Assembly: GCA_964016885.1 (NCBI GenBank) | Contig: OZ024743.1 | Span: forward strand, 25,048,001-25,112,000 | Length of the DNA stretch: 64,000 bases | Direction: 5' to 3' | Source: Eledone cirrhosa | Taxonomy: Eukaryota | Shown: one piece after another, positions 45,442-61,903 of the stretch | Layout of the letters: the number at the start of each line of letters is the position of its first letter | Numbering within the stretch: position 1 is the first letter of the stretch | Translations under genes and position numbers: made by a program | The notes under the pieces: model-generated | Database searches by the model: none | What the model was told of the DNA's origin: nothing | What the model saw: only the letters and a program-made list of their open reading frames with translations

Positions 45442-46214
45442 GGTTAGAATGAATGTGTATATCAGTGCAGGTGAGGACCTAGTACCAGCATGGTGAGGTG
45501 ATGTTTCACTATAAAATAGGACAAAAGCTTATTGAATCTCCAATAACACGACCGTGAGCAAAGATTCTATGTAAACAATTCTAATCAAATAAGACTTGCT
45601 TTGTAAGAAGTAGTCGGGCAATAATGCTTTGAAGGTAATTTTAGACTAAATTAAACAAAACTAGAGCGAGGGGGAGAGAATAGGTGGGCGAGCGAAAGAA
45701 AAAAGCAGAAAATGGTGGAGATAGAGAGTAAAAGATATATTTAGAATGCATAAAAAATACATGAATAATTCTATGATTAGTTAATAACATTTAGTCATAT
45801 TTACGCTAAATAATTATACATGAGTGTTTAATTGCGTTACGATTTTTAATGTATGTTCTGTGGAATAAATGTGTCAAAAATATACTCTATCAAGTAACGA
45901 AGACTGGCATTTCTTAATCAATGAAATGAACCCATGTAGGTTTGTGTGTACGTATGTATGTATGTAAGTATGTATGTATGTATGTATGTATGTATGTATG
46001 TATGTATGTATGTATGTATGTATGTATGTATGTATGTGTGTATGTATGTATGTATGTATGTGTGTATGTATGTATGTATGTATGTACGTATGTATGTATG
46101 TATGTATGTATGTATGTATGTCTGTATGGATGAATGGATGGATGGATGTATGCATATATGCATGTATGTATCTATTTTGCCTTCCCAACACAAACAAAGA
46201 TGAACATTTGTGAA

Positions 46215-46261
<47 letters not shown>

Positions 46262-46329
46262 TCATATATATATATATATACTTACATATATGTATATATG
46301 CACATATAATATGCATATTGTATATATAA

Positions 46330-46467
<138 letters not shown>

Positions 46468-46726
46468 CATATATTTATATATATATTTTTATATATGCAT
46501 AAATGATATATATATATATATACAATACACATAAATATCACATATATATTACTCATATATATGTGTATATATTTATTGTACACATATATATATGTATAAA
46601 TATATGATATATATATTTTATGACAAATGTTTTTTTTATTGTACATATACATATTATCTACTTATATATATATATTATATATATATAACATATATATATA
46701 TATAACATATATATATATATTGTATG

Positions 46727-46793
<67 letters not shown>

Positions 46794-47185
46794 TATATAT
46801 ATATAAAATGTACATATATATATATATATATATATATGATTTAAAAACAACAAAGCAGAAAAATAGTACGATGTAGATTTATTAGTTTGATATAGGTCAA
46901 AACATTTTAATATATATTACATTTATATTGTATATGTCATAGCTATATATATATATATATATGAAAAAAGGGAGAAAAAGACGATTATTAGGAAGGAAAA
47001 TATATATTTTCCGTTTATTTTTTTTTCTTCTTTCTGGGTTAGAAAATGTTTAAAACAAAATATTTTAATTTGTGTGAAGTGTTAAGGTAATAGTTAATTT
47101 ACTTATTAATTAACAATGCCATTTATTTATTTACTTATACATATATATGTATACATGTTTATACATGTATATATATATATATAAG

Positions 47186-47249
<64 letters not shown>

Positions 47250-47424
47250 TATATATTATATATATAATTATATATTATATATATATATATATAGAATTAG
47301 CCGTCGAAACGGCTTGAGCTCAGCTGTCGGGGTCTTACTGGTTCCTATTACCCACTCTACTACCTCAAGTATTGAGTACTTTGGTGCGTTTTGGTCCACC
47401 TGGTTCCTTACCACATTTCCTTCG

Positions 47425-47461
<37 letters not shown>

Positions 47462-47586
47462 TATATATATATATATATATATAGCATGTTTATACAGCAT
47501 ATTTATACAATATTACGTATAAATATATATACATATCATATACTGATATATGCTATATAACATACATATACTTATAGATAGAGACA

Positions 47587-47641
<55 letters not shown>

Positions 47642-47742
47642 GTATTCAAATATATGTTGATATGCATATTTGATGTATATATATATATACTTATCCATAA
47701 AGACACATAAACATATGTATAAATACGTATGTGTGCATGTCC

Positions 47743-47798
<56 letters not shown>

Positions 47799-47958
47799 CT
47801 TATGTGTATGGATTCGCGCGTATTTTTCATTGAAGATTTTCTTAAATAAAGCGAGCTAAATCTGATGAAATATTTTATACCAGTATTCCGTATTCATTCA
47901 TAGACTTGACCAATTTTCTGTCCTCACATACTATATGCACACAGACACTCACACAGAT

Positions 47959-48482
<524 letters not shown>

Positions 48483-48691
48483 AGCTAAAAATCCACTATT
48501 ATCGGAAGTCATTGTAGCTGTGTGTGTGTGTGTGTATGTGTGTTTGTTGGAATAATATCGGAAGGAACAAAGCAGATCGTACATGACTAAATGCCCAGTG
48601 AAAGCACACACACAAACATAAAACTATACATATACGGTCAATGATAAATATAACAGAGATTCGGACATACGGACATGTGTATATGTACACA

Positions 48692-48833
<142 letters not shown>

Positions 48834-49194
48834 TGAATGTAAGCATTCGAATTATATTAATTCACTTTCGGTGTTAATTGCTGTACTTTCAATATACAAA
48901 ATTTCCTAAAAATAGACAGAAGCACAATTTATTATTAAAAGAAAAAGAATTCTTTTCAATAATAATCCTGGTGTTTCTACAGACCAAATCACACTTCCTA
49001 GTAAAAAAGACTCTGAAATAAGGTTTCATAAATGAACAAATTCTTTTGTGTTACTCAGAATATAATTGCGAGAAGGATTTATAACCTGGCTCCACAAATG
49101 TTAGTATATTGTATATATATATATATATATATATACATACGCACACTAACACACACGCACATATATATATATATATAAATATATACATAAATAA

Positions 49195-49254
<60 letters not shown>

Positions 49255-49481
49255 CGAAGGAATTGTGGTAAGGAACCAGATGGACCATAACGCACCAGAG
49301 TACTCAATACTTAGGGCAGTAGAGTGTGTAATAGGAAAAGGTATGACCCCGACGGCAGAGCTCAAACTGTTTCGACGGCTATTTCTGGACTAGTCCAGAA
49401 ATAGCCGTCGAAACTGCTTGAGCTTTTCCTATATTTAAAAAAATAGAGGTGTGACACACGAGTCGTGATATATTAGTAAAA

Positions 49482-49740
49482 AGGAAAAGAAAATGCTGAC
49501 AAATTTTTCCCAGTGAAAAATAGTTTAATTAGGAATAAGTATAAATTAGTAATAAGTATTAGTTAGTATTCAGTTTTAGTTTAAAGTTTTTACCGGTTGC
49601 GCATTTCTTATGCTTTTCAAAAATAATTTTGAGATAGAGTACTCGTGATTTTTGCTCTAATCGATTAGATTTATACTTATTCCCAATTAAACTATTTGTC
49701 ACAGGGAAAAATTTGTCACCATTTTCTTTTTCTTTTTTTA
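49482..49740. mobile_element. Element with ~65-bp imperfect terminal inverted repeats
   Basis: 49482-49548 is the reverse complement of ~49670-49740. The right end enters (TA)n. Confidence 0.6.
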
Positions 49741-49743
49741 ATA

Positions 49744-49921
<178 letters not shown>

Positions 49922-49948
49922 TATACATATAAATATATATATATATAC

Positions 49949-49990
<42 letters not shown>

Positions 49991-50388
49991 ATTTTAGCTG
50001 TGACAAACTAGTGACGTGAATTGCTTTTGGCTGGCTCAAACCTGCTTAACCTCACTAAGATACAGCTCAACAATTACGTTTAAACACCTTATATTTTACA
50101 ATATATACATTGTTATATTTTGGGATTGTCATGTTGCCAGTTTGCCCATAAATAGAAACACAGGCACCATATGATTTTCATAATTATTTTTCTTACTAAT
50201 TTCGAAAGAACAAACTTATCTGTAATAATACAGAAAAGGGAAAAGGTAAAATTCATTACGGTTCATGTTTCTTTTTATTGGTAATACTGGCAACATGACT
50301 GTCCTCTCATGTAACAATATCGGGTTCAACAGACGATTTCACATCAAGAATCTAGGAATACATATATATATAAATATATATAAACCAA

Positions 50389-50558
<170 letters not shown>

Positions 50559-50586
50559 ATATAATTTATATATACATGTATGTATA

Positions 50587-50647
<61 letters not shown>

Positions 50648-50666
50648 TTACATAATTTATATATAC

Positions 50667-50726
<60 letters not shown>

Positions 50727-50860
50727 TAGATATTATATATATATGTACATGTATATGTGTGTGTTTATACTTACCCGTAGATGGAGTACATATATGTAAA
50801 TATATATATATATATATATATATATCAATACATTTATAAACATGTGCGTGTCTGTCTCTC

Positions 50861-51017
<157 letters not shown>

Positions 51018-51232
51018 TTTGTTTCAGTGGTGTCTTCTTTTGTACCACATCCCTTTTGATAAATGGAGATAGATAGATGCGTCATACTGAGACAACGCAA
51101 AGGGTAAACTATAAGAAAACTAGAATTATATTAGCTTCTCAATGTGTGTATATATATGCATGATTATATGTATGTGCAGATTTATACATATGTATATATA
51201 TATATATATATATGTATACACATACACACATA

Positions 51233-51333
<101 letters not shown>

Positions 51334-51663
51334 TTTACGTATCGAGAAAGAGAGAAAAAAAGGAGGGATAGGTGATACATATAGTTATTTGCCAATATAT
51401 GTATATCTATATATATATATATGTATATATGTATATATATATAATATATAATATATATATATATATATATAACGGAGGAAATGTGGTAAGGAACCAGGTG
51501 GACCATAACGCACCAAATTACTCAATACTTAGGGTAGTAGAGTGGGTAATAGGAACGAGTAAGACCCCGACGGCTGAGCTCAAGCCGTTTCGACGGCTAA
51601 TTCTAATAATAGAATTAGCCGTCGAAACGGCTTGAGCTCAGCCGTCGGGGTCTTACTCGTTCC

Positions 51664-51752
<89 letters not shown>

Positions 51753-52180
51753 GTAGAGGTTATATTTAATTTCTTGGGATACCAGAAGCTAAAATATGTT
51801 TATAACTGATATAAAGCACTCAACAAATTATTGGAGTAAATATACAATATATTAACAAATGGAAACTATATTTATAAAATCATATTTATTTCATTATACA
51901 TATTTCAAGGGCCACCAAGGCAGATTATGGTGTGCTTTCATCAGATAAAATATAATACAAATTAGTTTTATAAATAAATATTGACATACCCTGAAAAAAT
52001 GCAACCTTAACGGATGGAGCTTCCTGGATATGTCAATATTTATTTATAAAACTAATTTGTATTATATTTTATCCGATGAAAGCGCACCATAATCTGCCTT
52101 GTTGGCCCTTGAAATATGTATAATGAAATAAATATGGTTTTATAAATATAGTTTCCATTTGTTAATATATTGTATATTTA
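51753..52180. mobile_element. Family P fold-back element; HHR at 51887-51952 (-) and 52065-52130 (+, core mutated to CCGATGA)
   Basis: Inverted arms flanked by (TA)n. Same family as 56297-56688. Confidence 0.85.
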
Positions 52181-52689
52181 TATATATATTTATTAAAATA
52201 ACAGATTAAAGTTTAAGCAAAGAATCGCTGCTTTTACCCTTAACGGGATCTTCTGAAACTCCTATTTGATATATATTTGATATATATTTATTCTTATCGA
52301 GCCCTCTTTGGATTTTAGTCTTCAAATTTATTATTATTACTATATATATATATATATATCTGTGTGTATGTATTTATATACTAATATGTGTGTGTGTGTG
52401 TATATATATATATCACACTCGTACACACACACATATTTATATATATCTACATACATACATAGATACATATGTGTATATTTATAAACACGCACGCAACAAT
52501 TGTTATATATAAATGTAATTGAAATAAATGTTTATATAATTTTAGGAAAGACATTTGAGTACAGATATGGAGAGCTCTAGAAACTTGTGACCCCCCAAAA
52601 TATATGACAATAATAACAATAATTGATCACTATACTCAATAACTGAAACATCGCGTATATTTCCCATTGAGACGGAAAATATTGATAGA

Positions 52690-52760
52690 GGCGTCAGTGA
52701 GGATTTGAACCCTGCATTTCTCGCAATCCAGGCGAGTTATTTACCATACACCCTTAAGAA
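52690..52760 (-). mobile_element. tRNA-like SINE head or tRNA pseudogene
   Basis: Minus strand has the B box GGTTCAAATCC preceded by a CTCGC..GCGAG anticodon-like hairpin. Confidence 0.35.
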
Positions 52761-53011
52761 GCTACTGGTAAACTATTATTAATAGTGATCCTTTACGTTC
52801 TGAATTCAAATCCTGCCGAGGTTAACTTTGCCTTCCATCCTTACGGGGTCGATAAAATAAAGTACCAGTAATGTACTGGGTAATTGCTGGCCTTGTGCCA
52901 AAAATAGAAACAATTATTAATAGTGATCCACAATTATTATTATTATTCTATTAGTGTTCGAACACACACACTCTATATTTAACACACGCACTCTATCTGA
53001 TATATATACAT

Positions 53012-53131
<120 letters not shown>

Positions 53132-53684
53132 GTATTTATATGTATATATAATATATATAACGAAGGAAGTGTGGTAAGGAACCAGGTGGACCATAATGCA
53201 CCAGAGTACTATGGGTAGTAGAGTGGGTTATAGGAAAAGAGTCTGGACCCCGACGGCTGAGCTCCAGCTGTTTCGACAGCTAGCTCTGGAATAATAAAGA
53301 GAGCTTTAGGGTGGAATGCTCGGATTGGAGTTAAAACTTTTATTCCCATCTATCCACACGCAGTATTACTGTATACGAAACCTAAGTATAGTCACTATTG
53401 ATCTTCAGAAACAATATGTAGCGACTCAAGAAGAATCAGTATATAACTCAACTCTTCTAAGTATTGAGTATTTTTTCTTGTCGATATAGATATAATTAAT
53501 AAGAAGTAGGAATGACGTGTCAGAGTGTCAATATTAAGTGTACTCAAGTGTGACGTGCTTTTCGCTATCGAACCGCTCAAGGTTGCAATATATTAAGCTA
53601 TATATATATATATATGGTTGCAACATATTAAACTATATATATATGTATATATATCACATTTGGAAACCTGCTTCGTAGAATCGA

Positions 53685-53779
53685 GACGTATCTGAGGTTC
53701 TTGCGATTTCAGAGTCAGGTTCGATCATTGCATCGATCGTGCCTCGAGCTGGTCGCCAGAGAAACGATTGTAATATGTC
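53685..53779 (+). ncRNA. Hammerhead-like motif with long stem II and core CUGAGGU (A9U)
   Basis: GACGTAT-CTGAGGT-TCTTGCGA[~46 nt]TCGCCAGA-GAAA-CGATTG-TA-ATATGTC. 7-bp stem I, GUA site. Lies inside a TA-flanked ~255-bp element (53655-53909). Confidence 0.65.
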
Positions 53780-53903
53780 TAATAAATGTTATTCGTCGCA
53801 ACAATGATTCTCCGTTTCTTATGCGATATTATACTCTGCTCTATAAGAGGAATCGAGTGGTCAAACGGCGTACCGCTTACGGACGCTTTAAGCATCCCAC
53901 ACC

Positions 53904-53970
<67 letters not shown>

Positions 53971-54159
53971 ACTAAATAAAAATAGGTGTTTCATTCGGGA
54001 GAAATCATCAGGAATCCCGGTGCTTCATGATGATTTCTCCCGAATGAAACAGTTCTAGTCCTGTAAAAGCCATTTCTATATTAAATATTTATACTCTGCT
54101 ATGTACTGAGTACCTGACAGTGCTTACGCGTGATCGAACCCAAGATAAACTTATATATA

Positions 54160-54602
54160 TATTAAAATACAAATATTAATAAAATAGATGTTCTTTTGAT
54201 CAATTACATTTTATTATACATATTTCGGATGTACAACAGTACGTCCTCATCAGACAAAATATAATGATACATGACATACCCTGAGATGTTAAATGGTTAA
54301 GATTTAATCAAGGTAGTCAATATTAAATATTAAATTAGTCATATTAAATCTTAATTAGTCATATTAAATCTTAACCATTTAACATCTCAGGGTATGTCAT
54401 GTATCATTATATTTTGTCTGATGAGGGCGTACTGTTGTACATCCGAAATATGTATAATAAAATGTAATTGATCAAAAGAACATCTATTTTATTAATATTT
54501 GTATTTTAATATTAATAACTCTGGAAAATTATTTTTCGTAGAGTGCTTCCAATCTACTGTAAAACTCATTCTTTGATATACTCATTGAATCTTGTTTAAC
54601 TC

Positions 54603-54606
<4 letters not shown>
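54160..54606. mobile_element. Family L fold-back element with ~150-bp arms plus tail
   Basis: 54160-54308 is the reverse complement of 54363-54511. Confidence 0.9.
54411..54463 (+). ncRNA. Type I hammerhead (family L); mirror copy at 54208-54260 (-)
   Basis: ATTTTGT-CTGATGA-GG(G/A)C GTAC TGTT GTAC ATCC-GAAA-TATGTA-TA-ATAAAAT. AUA site. Confidence 0.85.
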
Positions 54607-54661
<55 letters not shown>

Positions 54662-54662
54662 C

Positions 54663-54743
54663 ATATGAGCAAACATAAATGAATCTCGGAAATGTGATAT
54701 ATGTAATATCACATTTCCGAGATTCATTTATGTTTGCTCATAT
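54663..54743. repeat. Perfect ~38-bp inverted repeat next to (TA)n
   Basis: ATATGAGCAAACATAAATGAATCTCGGAAATGTGATAT, a 5-nt spacer, then its reverse complement. Confidence 0.85.
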
Positions 54744-55373
54744 TCCCTTTAGGTTAAATGATTTTATTATCTGTCATTTTCATTGTCATGCATAGCCATA
54801 TTCCTCTACTGCTCCTGAAGACCTACTTTCAAAGTTATTCCAAGTGGGCCAATCCCACTTACATTTCAGAGATTGTATCGAGGTTCACGTTATTGATCCT
54901 CCGTCATAACCCCATGAGCAACTGATTCCTACTGCAGCCTAAGCTTGATGTGTGCATAAATCCGCCTTATACACAATCAAACATATACGAACAAATACAT
55001 ACATACATGCACGCATACACACACAAACACACACATACATACATACATACAGATAGATTTACATAGATATATAGATACATACAGATAGACATACACAGAT
55101 ATATAACTATGTGCATGTGTGTGTGATTGTGTGTGTCTGTGAGTGTGTAAGTATACTTGTTATTATCCTTAAAACTAATAAGATATTAATTAATAAAATA
55201 CTCAGTATGTATTATGTATTTCATAAAATTCTCTTTACAGTTGAACGTTGGACAATTAGTGCGAAGTTTCGACGGTCGCCAGCCATTTCATACAGTCTGA
55301 TGAGATTGGCGTCTAGCGACAAATAGAAACAAATGTCACACCTTTTATAATGTATACAGACACACACACACAC

Positions 55374-55431
<58 letters not shown>

Positions 55432-55669
55432 CTATATATATATGTATATATATTATATATTTATTTTATCATGAGTTAAGGCTCTATTGATTTTTCCCTG
55501 GATTTCACTAAATTCTGTGGATGAATTTATATCCTGATTCTCTTTTGAGATGAGTTTGAATTATTTTTCCTACATCTTACGTTAACTATTTTTCCCATCT
55601 TGACGACATAGTCGCATATATGTTATGGAATACTGTTAGCTTATCGCTAAAACAATTTCTATACCTTTC

Positions 55670-55729
<60 letters not shown>

Positions 55730-55824
55730 CGAAGGAGATGTGGTAAGGAACCAGATGGTCCATAACGCACCAGAGTACTCAATACTTAGGGTAGTAGAGC
55801 TCTGCCGTCGGGTTTAAACATTTT

Positions 55825-55882
<58 letters not shown>

Positions 55883-55938
55883 CATATACATACATATCTA
55901 TCTACCTATCTCTGCCTCTCTCTCTCTCTATATATATG

Positions 55939-55979
<41 letters not shown>

Positions 55980-56047
55980 TGTGGTGTGGTGGGGGGACAG
56001 TGCGCTCGCGCGCGCGCGTGTGTATATCTGTACAGACTGTATATATA

Positions 56048-56165
<118 letters not shown>

Positions 56166-56235
56166 TACATATACATATATATATATATACGTACATATGT
56201 ACGTATATACATATATACAACATATATATATATAT

Positions 56236-56293
<58 letters not shown>

Positions 56294-56296
56294 GAT

Positions 56297-56688
56297 ATAT
56301 TAACAAATGGAAACTATATTTATAAAACCATATTTATTTCATTATACATATTTCAAGGACACCAAGTTAAATTATGGTGTGCTTTCATCAGATAAAATAT
56401 AATATAGATCACTATCCGGGAGCTTCCAACAGAAATGGTCGCATTTTTTAAGGGTATGTCAATATTTATTTATAAAACTGATCTATATTATATTTTATCT
56501 GATGAAAGCACACCATAATTTAACTTGGTGTCCTTGAAATATATATAATGAAATAAATATGGTTTTATAAATATAGTTTCCATTTGTTAATATATTGTAT
56601 TTTTACTCCAATAATTTGTTGAGTGCTTTATATCAGTTATAAAAATATTTGCTTGTTGTATCCCAACAATTTAAATAGAACTTCTACA
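56297..56688. mobile_element. Family P fold-back element
   Basis: Arms ~56297-56411 and ~56479-56594, then a tail into microsatellite. Confidence 0.85.
56491..56555 (+). ncRNA. Type I hammerhead (family P); mirror copy at 56335-56399 (-)
   Basis: TATTTTAT-CTGATGA-AAGC ACACCA[10 nt]TGGTGT CCTT-GAAA-TATATA-TA-ATGAAATA. 8-bp stem I, AUA site. Confidence 0.85.
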
Positions 56689-56695
56689 CACACAC

Positions 56696-56754
<59 letters not shown>

Positions 56755-56787
56755 ATACACATATATATATATATATAATATATATAC

Positions 56788-56842
<55 letters not shown>

Positions 56843-57420
56843 AATATATATATAAAGACACAGAAGCGAAAAGCGAAAACCAACCAAACAGTGAGTGTGT
56901 TCTGTTATTAATTCTGGCAATATTACACAAATATGACCCTCCCCAAGTATAAATATATATATATATATATGTATATATATGTATATATGGGTCAACGGCC
57001 TCTATGAATACTTAAGAGAACGTGTCCTTACATGTAGGCTAGCATTCATTACAATGATCACTAACAAGAATTATTTACTAAGTGTGATCCAGTTACAATG
57101 GAGGTTTGAAATTAATCACGGAATTAAAGAGTGTCCGCTTGTGTGTGATGATGTATGTGTATGTGCTTATTTGTTAATCTGTTATTATATGTGTGTGTAT
57201 GTCTCCCTGTGTGTACGTGAGTGTAGGTGGTTATAGAAACAAGGGAAGGGAAAACATTATTTGCTATTTTACGGGAAGCGGGCGTGTCGTGGATAGTTGG
57301 TTGATAATACATGCGAGCCTTTTCTGTCTGTCTTTGTGTCTGGAAGGGGAGGGATTCTTGTGTTTTTATATATATTTGTGTGTATTTATGTATGTCTATA
57401 TGTATGTATGTATATATGTC

Positions 57421-57452
<32 letters not shown>

Positions 57453-57504
57453 TGTATGTATGTATGTATGTATGTATGTATGTATGTATGTATGTATGTA
57501 TGTC

Positions 57505-57536
<32 letters not shown>

Positions 57537-57949
57537 TGTATGTATGTATGTATGTATGTATGTCTATATGTATGTATGTATGTATGCATGTATGAATTTA
57601 TTTGTAAATTAATGTATGTATATATATATGTATGTATGCATGTATATAATTATGAATAAATGGATGTATGTATGCGTGTTATATATATATATGTATGTAT
57701 ATATGCAAGTATGTATGTATATATGCATGCATGTATGTATGCATGTATGTATGTATGTATGTATGTATGTATGTATGTATGTATGTATGTATGTATGTAT
57801 GTATGTATGTATGTATGTATGTATGTGCGTATAATTGTGTATGTGTATATATTTTGTAAAACTAAGTATAACAATTAGTGTTCATATTTCATTGCGTGTT
57901 TATATATATATGTCGGAATGTTACAAACACAGCGTGATAGATGTCTCAG

Positions 57950-57995
57950 AAGACACACAGACACACACACAAACACACACACACACACACGCACA

Positions 57996-58043
<48 letters not shown>

Positions 58044-58062
58044 GACACACACGTACACACAG

Positions 58063-58096
<34 letters not shown>

Positions 58097-58460
58097 ACAG
58101 ACACACACACACACAGACACACACAGCCACACACACAAACAGACAGACACACACATACACACAGACACACACACAAACACACACACACACAGACACACAC
58201 ACACACACAGACACACAGACACACACACACAGACACACAGACACACACACACAAACAGACAGACACACACACACACACACAGAGACACACACACACACAG
58301 ACAGAGACACAGACACACACGCACACAGACACACACAGACACACACAAACAGACACACATACACTCACACAGACACACACAAACAGACACACAGACACAC
58401 ACACACACACATACAAACAGACAGACACACACACACACAGACACACACACAGACACACAT
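57950..58460. repeat. Compound (CA)n/(CAGA)n microsatellite
   Basis: Direct reading. It is the source of the long spurious HT/CV ORFs. Confidence 0.9.
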
Positions 58461-58523
58461 ATACAATATAGTTATGCATATAAAAACGACTTCTACAGGA
58501 TACCACCCTGCATTATATGTATG

Positions 58524-58653
<130 letters not shown>

Positions 58654-58665
58654 CATATATATATA

Positions 58666-58823
<158 letters not shown>

Positions 58824-58833
58824 GTACATATTA

Positions 58834-58873
<40 letters not shown>

Positions 58874-58881
58874 ATATGTAC

Positions 58882-59240
<359 letters not shown>

Positions 59241-59468
59241 TGTGTGTGTGTACATATTATGTATATATATCAGGGCGGTGGATTGGCAGTATCGGTAGAA
59301 GGTCGAACGCCATGCTTTGACGTATAGAGTTACGGCCCTTGCCATTCTGATTTCAAATGCTACCGAGGTTAACTTTGCCTTTCATCCTTACGGGGTCGAT
59401 AAATTAAAGTACCAGTAATGCACTGGGATAATTGTTGGCCTTGTGCCAAAAGTAGAAACAATTATATG

Positions 59469-59502
<34 letters not shown>

Positions 59503-59517
59503 TATATACATATATGT

Positions 59518-59587
<70 letters not shown>

Positions 59588-59861
59588 CTAACCCATTCTA
59601 GCGTGGAAGATGGACGTTAAACGAAGATGATGATGTATATATATATAAATATATATATATGTATATATATATATATGTGTGTGTATGTATATATATTATA
59701 TATATTCCGGGTTGAATCGGAGGTTACCACAGTAAGTAAGGTACTCAATACATTGCAGAGTATAAAAGTTTTAATATAGATAAGATTCTACAGGACTAGA
59801 ACTGTTTTTATTCTTTAGAAATCAGCAGGAATCACACCATTCACACCATTCACACACTCTA

Positions 59862-59892
<31 letters not shown>

Positions 59893-60215
59893 GTATTTAG
59901 TGTGTGTGTGAATGGTGTGAATGGTGTGAATGGTTCGTATTATAATATGTACACATTATGTACATATTATATTATGTACACACACACACACACACCCACC
60001 CACACACCACATATATATATATATATATATACATAATATGTAGCGTGTGTGAACGGTGGGACGGTTCGTATTATACGATACCTTTTCGCAAATGGGTAAC
60101 ATACAATCTTTACGAGATTATATCTTTTTAAGGAGAAAGTCACAGATCAAGCAATTTTCTGTTAGCCCGTGAAAGACAATAAATTGCAGCTGGTGTACAT
60201 GTATGAGGTGTACGC

Positions 60216-60249
<34 letters not shown>

Positions 60250-60348
60250 AAGTGGTTACACAACAGTTAGTTCACCATACCGAGAACAATTGTCTCACCC
60301 AAGGACTGAGTGCTCTACCACTACGGATATTACCTTCCAGTGTTCCAC

Positions 60349-60410
<62 letters not shown>

Positions 60411-60472
60411 TATATTTATTTATTTATTAAAATAACAGATTAAAATTTAGTCTTCAAATTTATTATTATTAC

Positions 60473-60504
<32 letters not shown>

Positions 60505-61234
60505 TAATGCAATAAATTAAAGTTCTCGATCTTATGCAGATCGCACATCATAAATGTGGTACTCTGTAGCTGGTGCAGCAACGGAGTTAAATATTCATTA
60601 AACACAACATATTTCGAGGGCCCAGTTTCATCCCATCATCATGCACGATTTAAACGATTTCATCAGGTTTGAACGCAGGTCTAGTAACATAAGACCAGAC
60701 GGCTACGGCGAACACAAACAGGGAATATAAAATAGAGGATATATTCCTTTCGGTGCCAATTCGGTGTTATTGTAACGGTAAACCATCCCGAAATGGAGTT
60801 GGTTGTTGTCGTGTGGTTTTATATTACTAATTCTGCAATAAACACCTGATGAAATTCTCTAAGACTTACATCATGATCGGATGATAAACCGGGCTATCGA
60901 AATATGTATAAGGGTTTCCAGTCCTGCCTTCTGTTCTTTCTAATTAGAACCCCCCCCCCCCATATATAAGCGATTAGCGACCTCTAGACTCACCTGATCA
61001 ACGAAACAATTGTCAGTACTTGAAATAAAGCCCCTTATTGTACAACCAACCATGTTACTCTTCATTCTTTCACTATTACTACTCCAAGTATAACCTGCCG
61101 AGGAATTACCGCGAACTCGCTGCATAACTATGGAAACATCTTGTTGAGTCAAACAACGCCGTACGTTAAAACTATCCACGACACAGAGTACTCACAACCT
61201 CTAACTGGATTACCTATAATGATAACTTTTTATC

Positions 61235-61280
<46 letters not shown>

Positions 61281-61642
61281 CTATATATATATATATATAT
61301 ATTTGAAAAAAAAGGAAAAGAATGACTTAACTTGTGTTAAATAATTTGATTTAATTTTATAATATTTTTATATTATTCTACCAACTCATAATATTATAAT
61401 TTTTTATACACTTGGCACAAGGCCAGCAATTATCTCAGTGTATTACTGGCGCTTTATTTTATCGACCCCGTAAGGATGAAAGGCAAAGTTAACTTCGGCG
61501 GGATTTGAACTCAGACCATAAAGGGACGTAACACTACAAGTGAAGTCATTCTTTTCCTTTTTTTCAAATATACCTAACTGTACCAAGGATCTCACACATT
61601 TTCCAATATATATATATATATACACTTATATATATATATATA

Positions 61643-61846
61643 TTGTACCCCTTCCACCGTCCCCCCCCTTTTTTCTAAATGTCTCTCCTCCACTCCCCTA
61701 CACACCCTCGGAACTCTCTTCCCACCCACCTTTCGCCTGAAGAAGGGCTTATGCCCGAAACGTCGTTCCTCACCCCCCACTCTCAAGAGCGTGAAACTAT
61801 AAACCTTTGTTCTTACTGCCTCTCGGTTTTGTTCCCGTTCCATTTT

Positions 61847-61851
<5 letters not shown>
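61643..61851 (+). mobile_element. Family B element with a minimal HHR motif (61735-61766); copy at 63496-63705 (-, motif 63586-63617) and tail fragment at 307-371
   Basis: CTGAAGA-AGGGC TTAT GCCC-GAAAC-GTC is identical in both copies. Stem I is only about 2 bp. Confidence 0.7.

Positions 61852-61903
<52 letters not shown>

Noticed and set aside
47857-47905. Isolated CTGATGA; similar isolated cores at 40282, 53402 (-) and 54815
   Set aside because: No matching GAAA and stems. A 7-mer alone is expected by chance.
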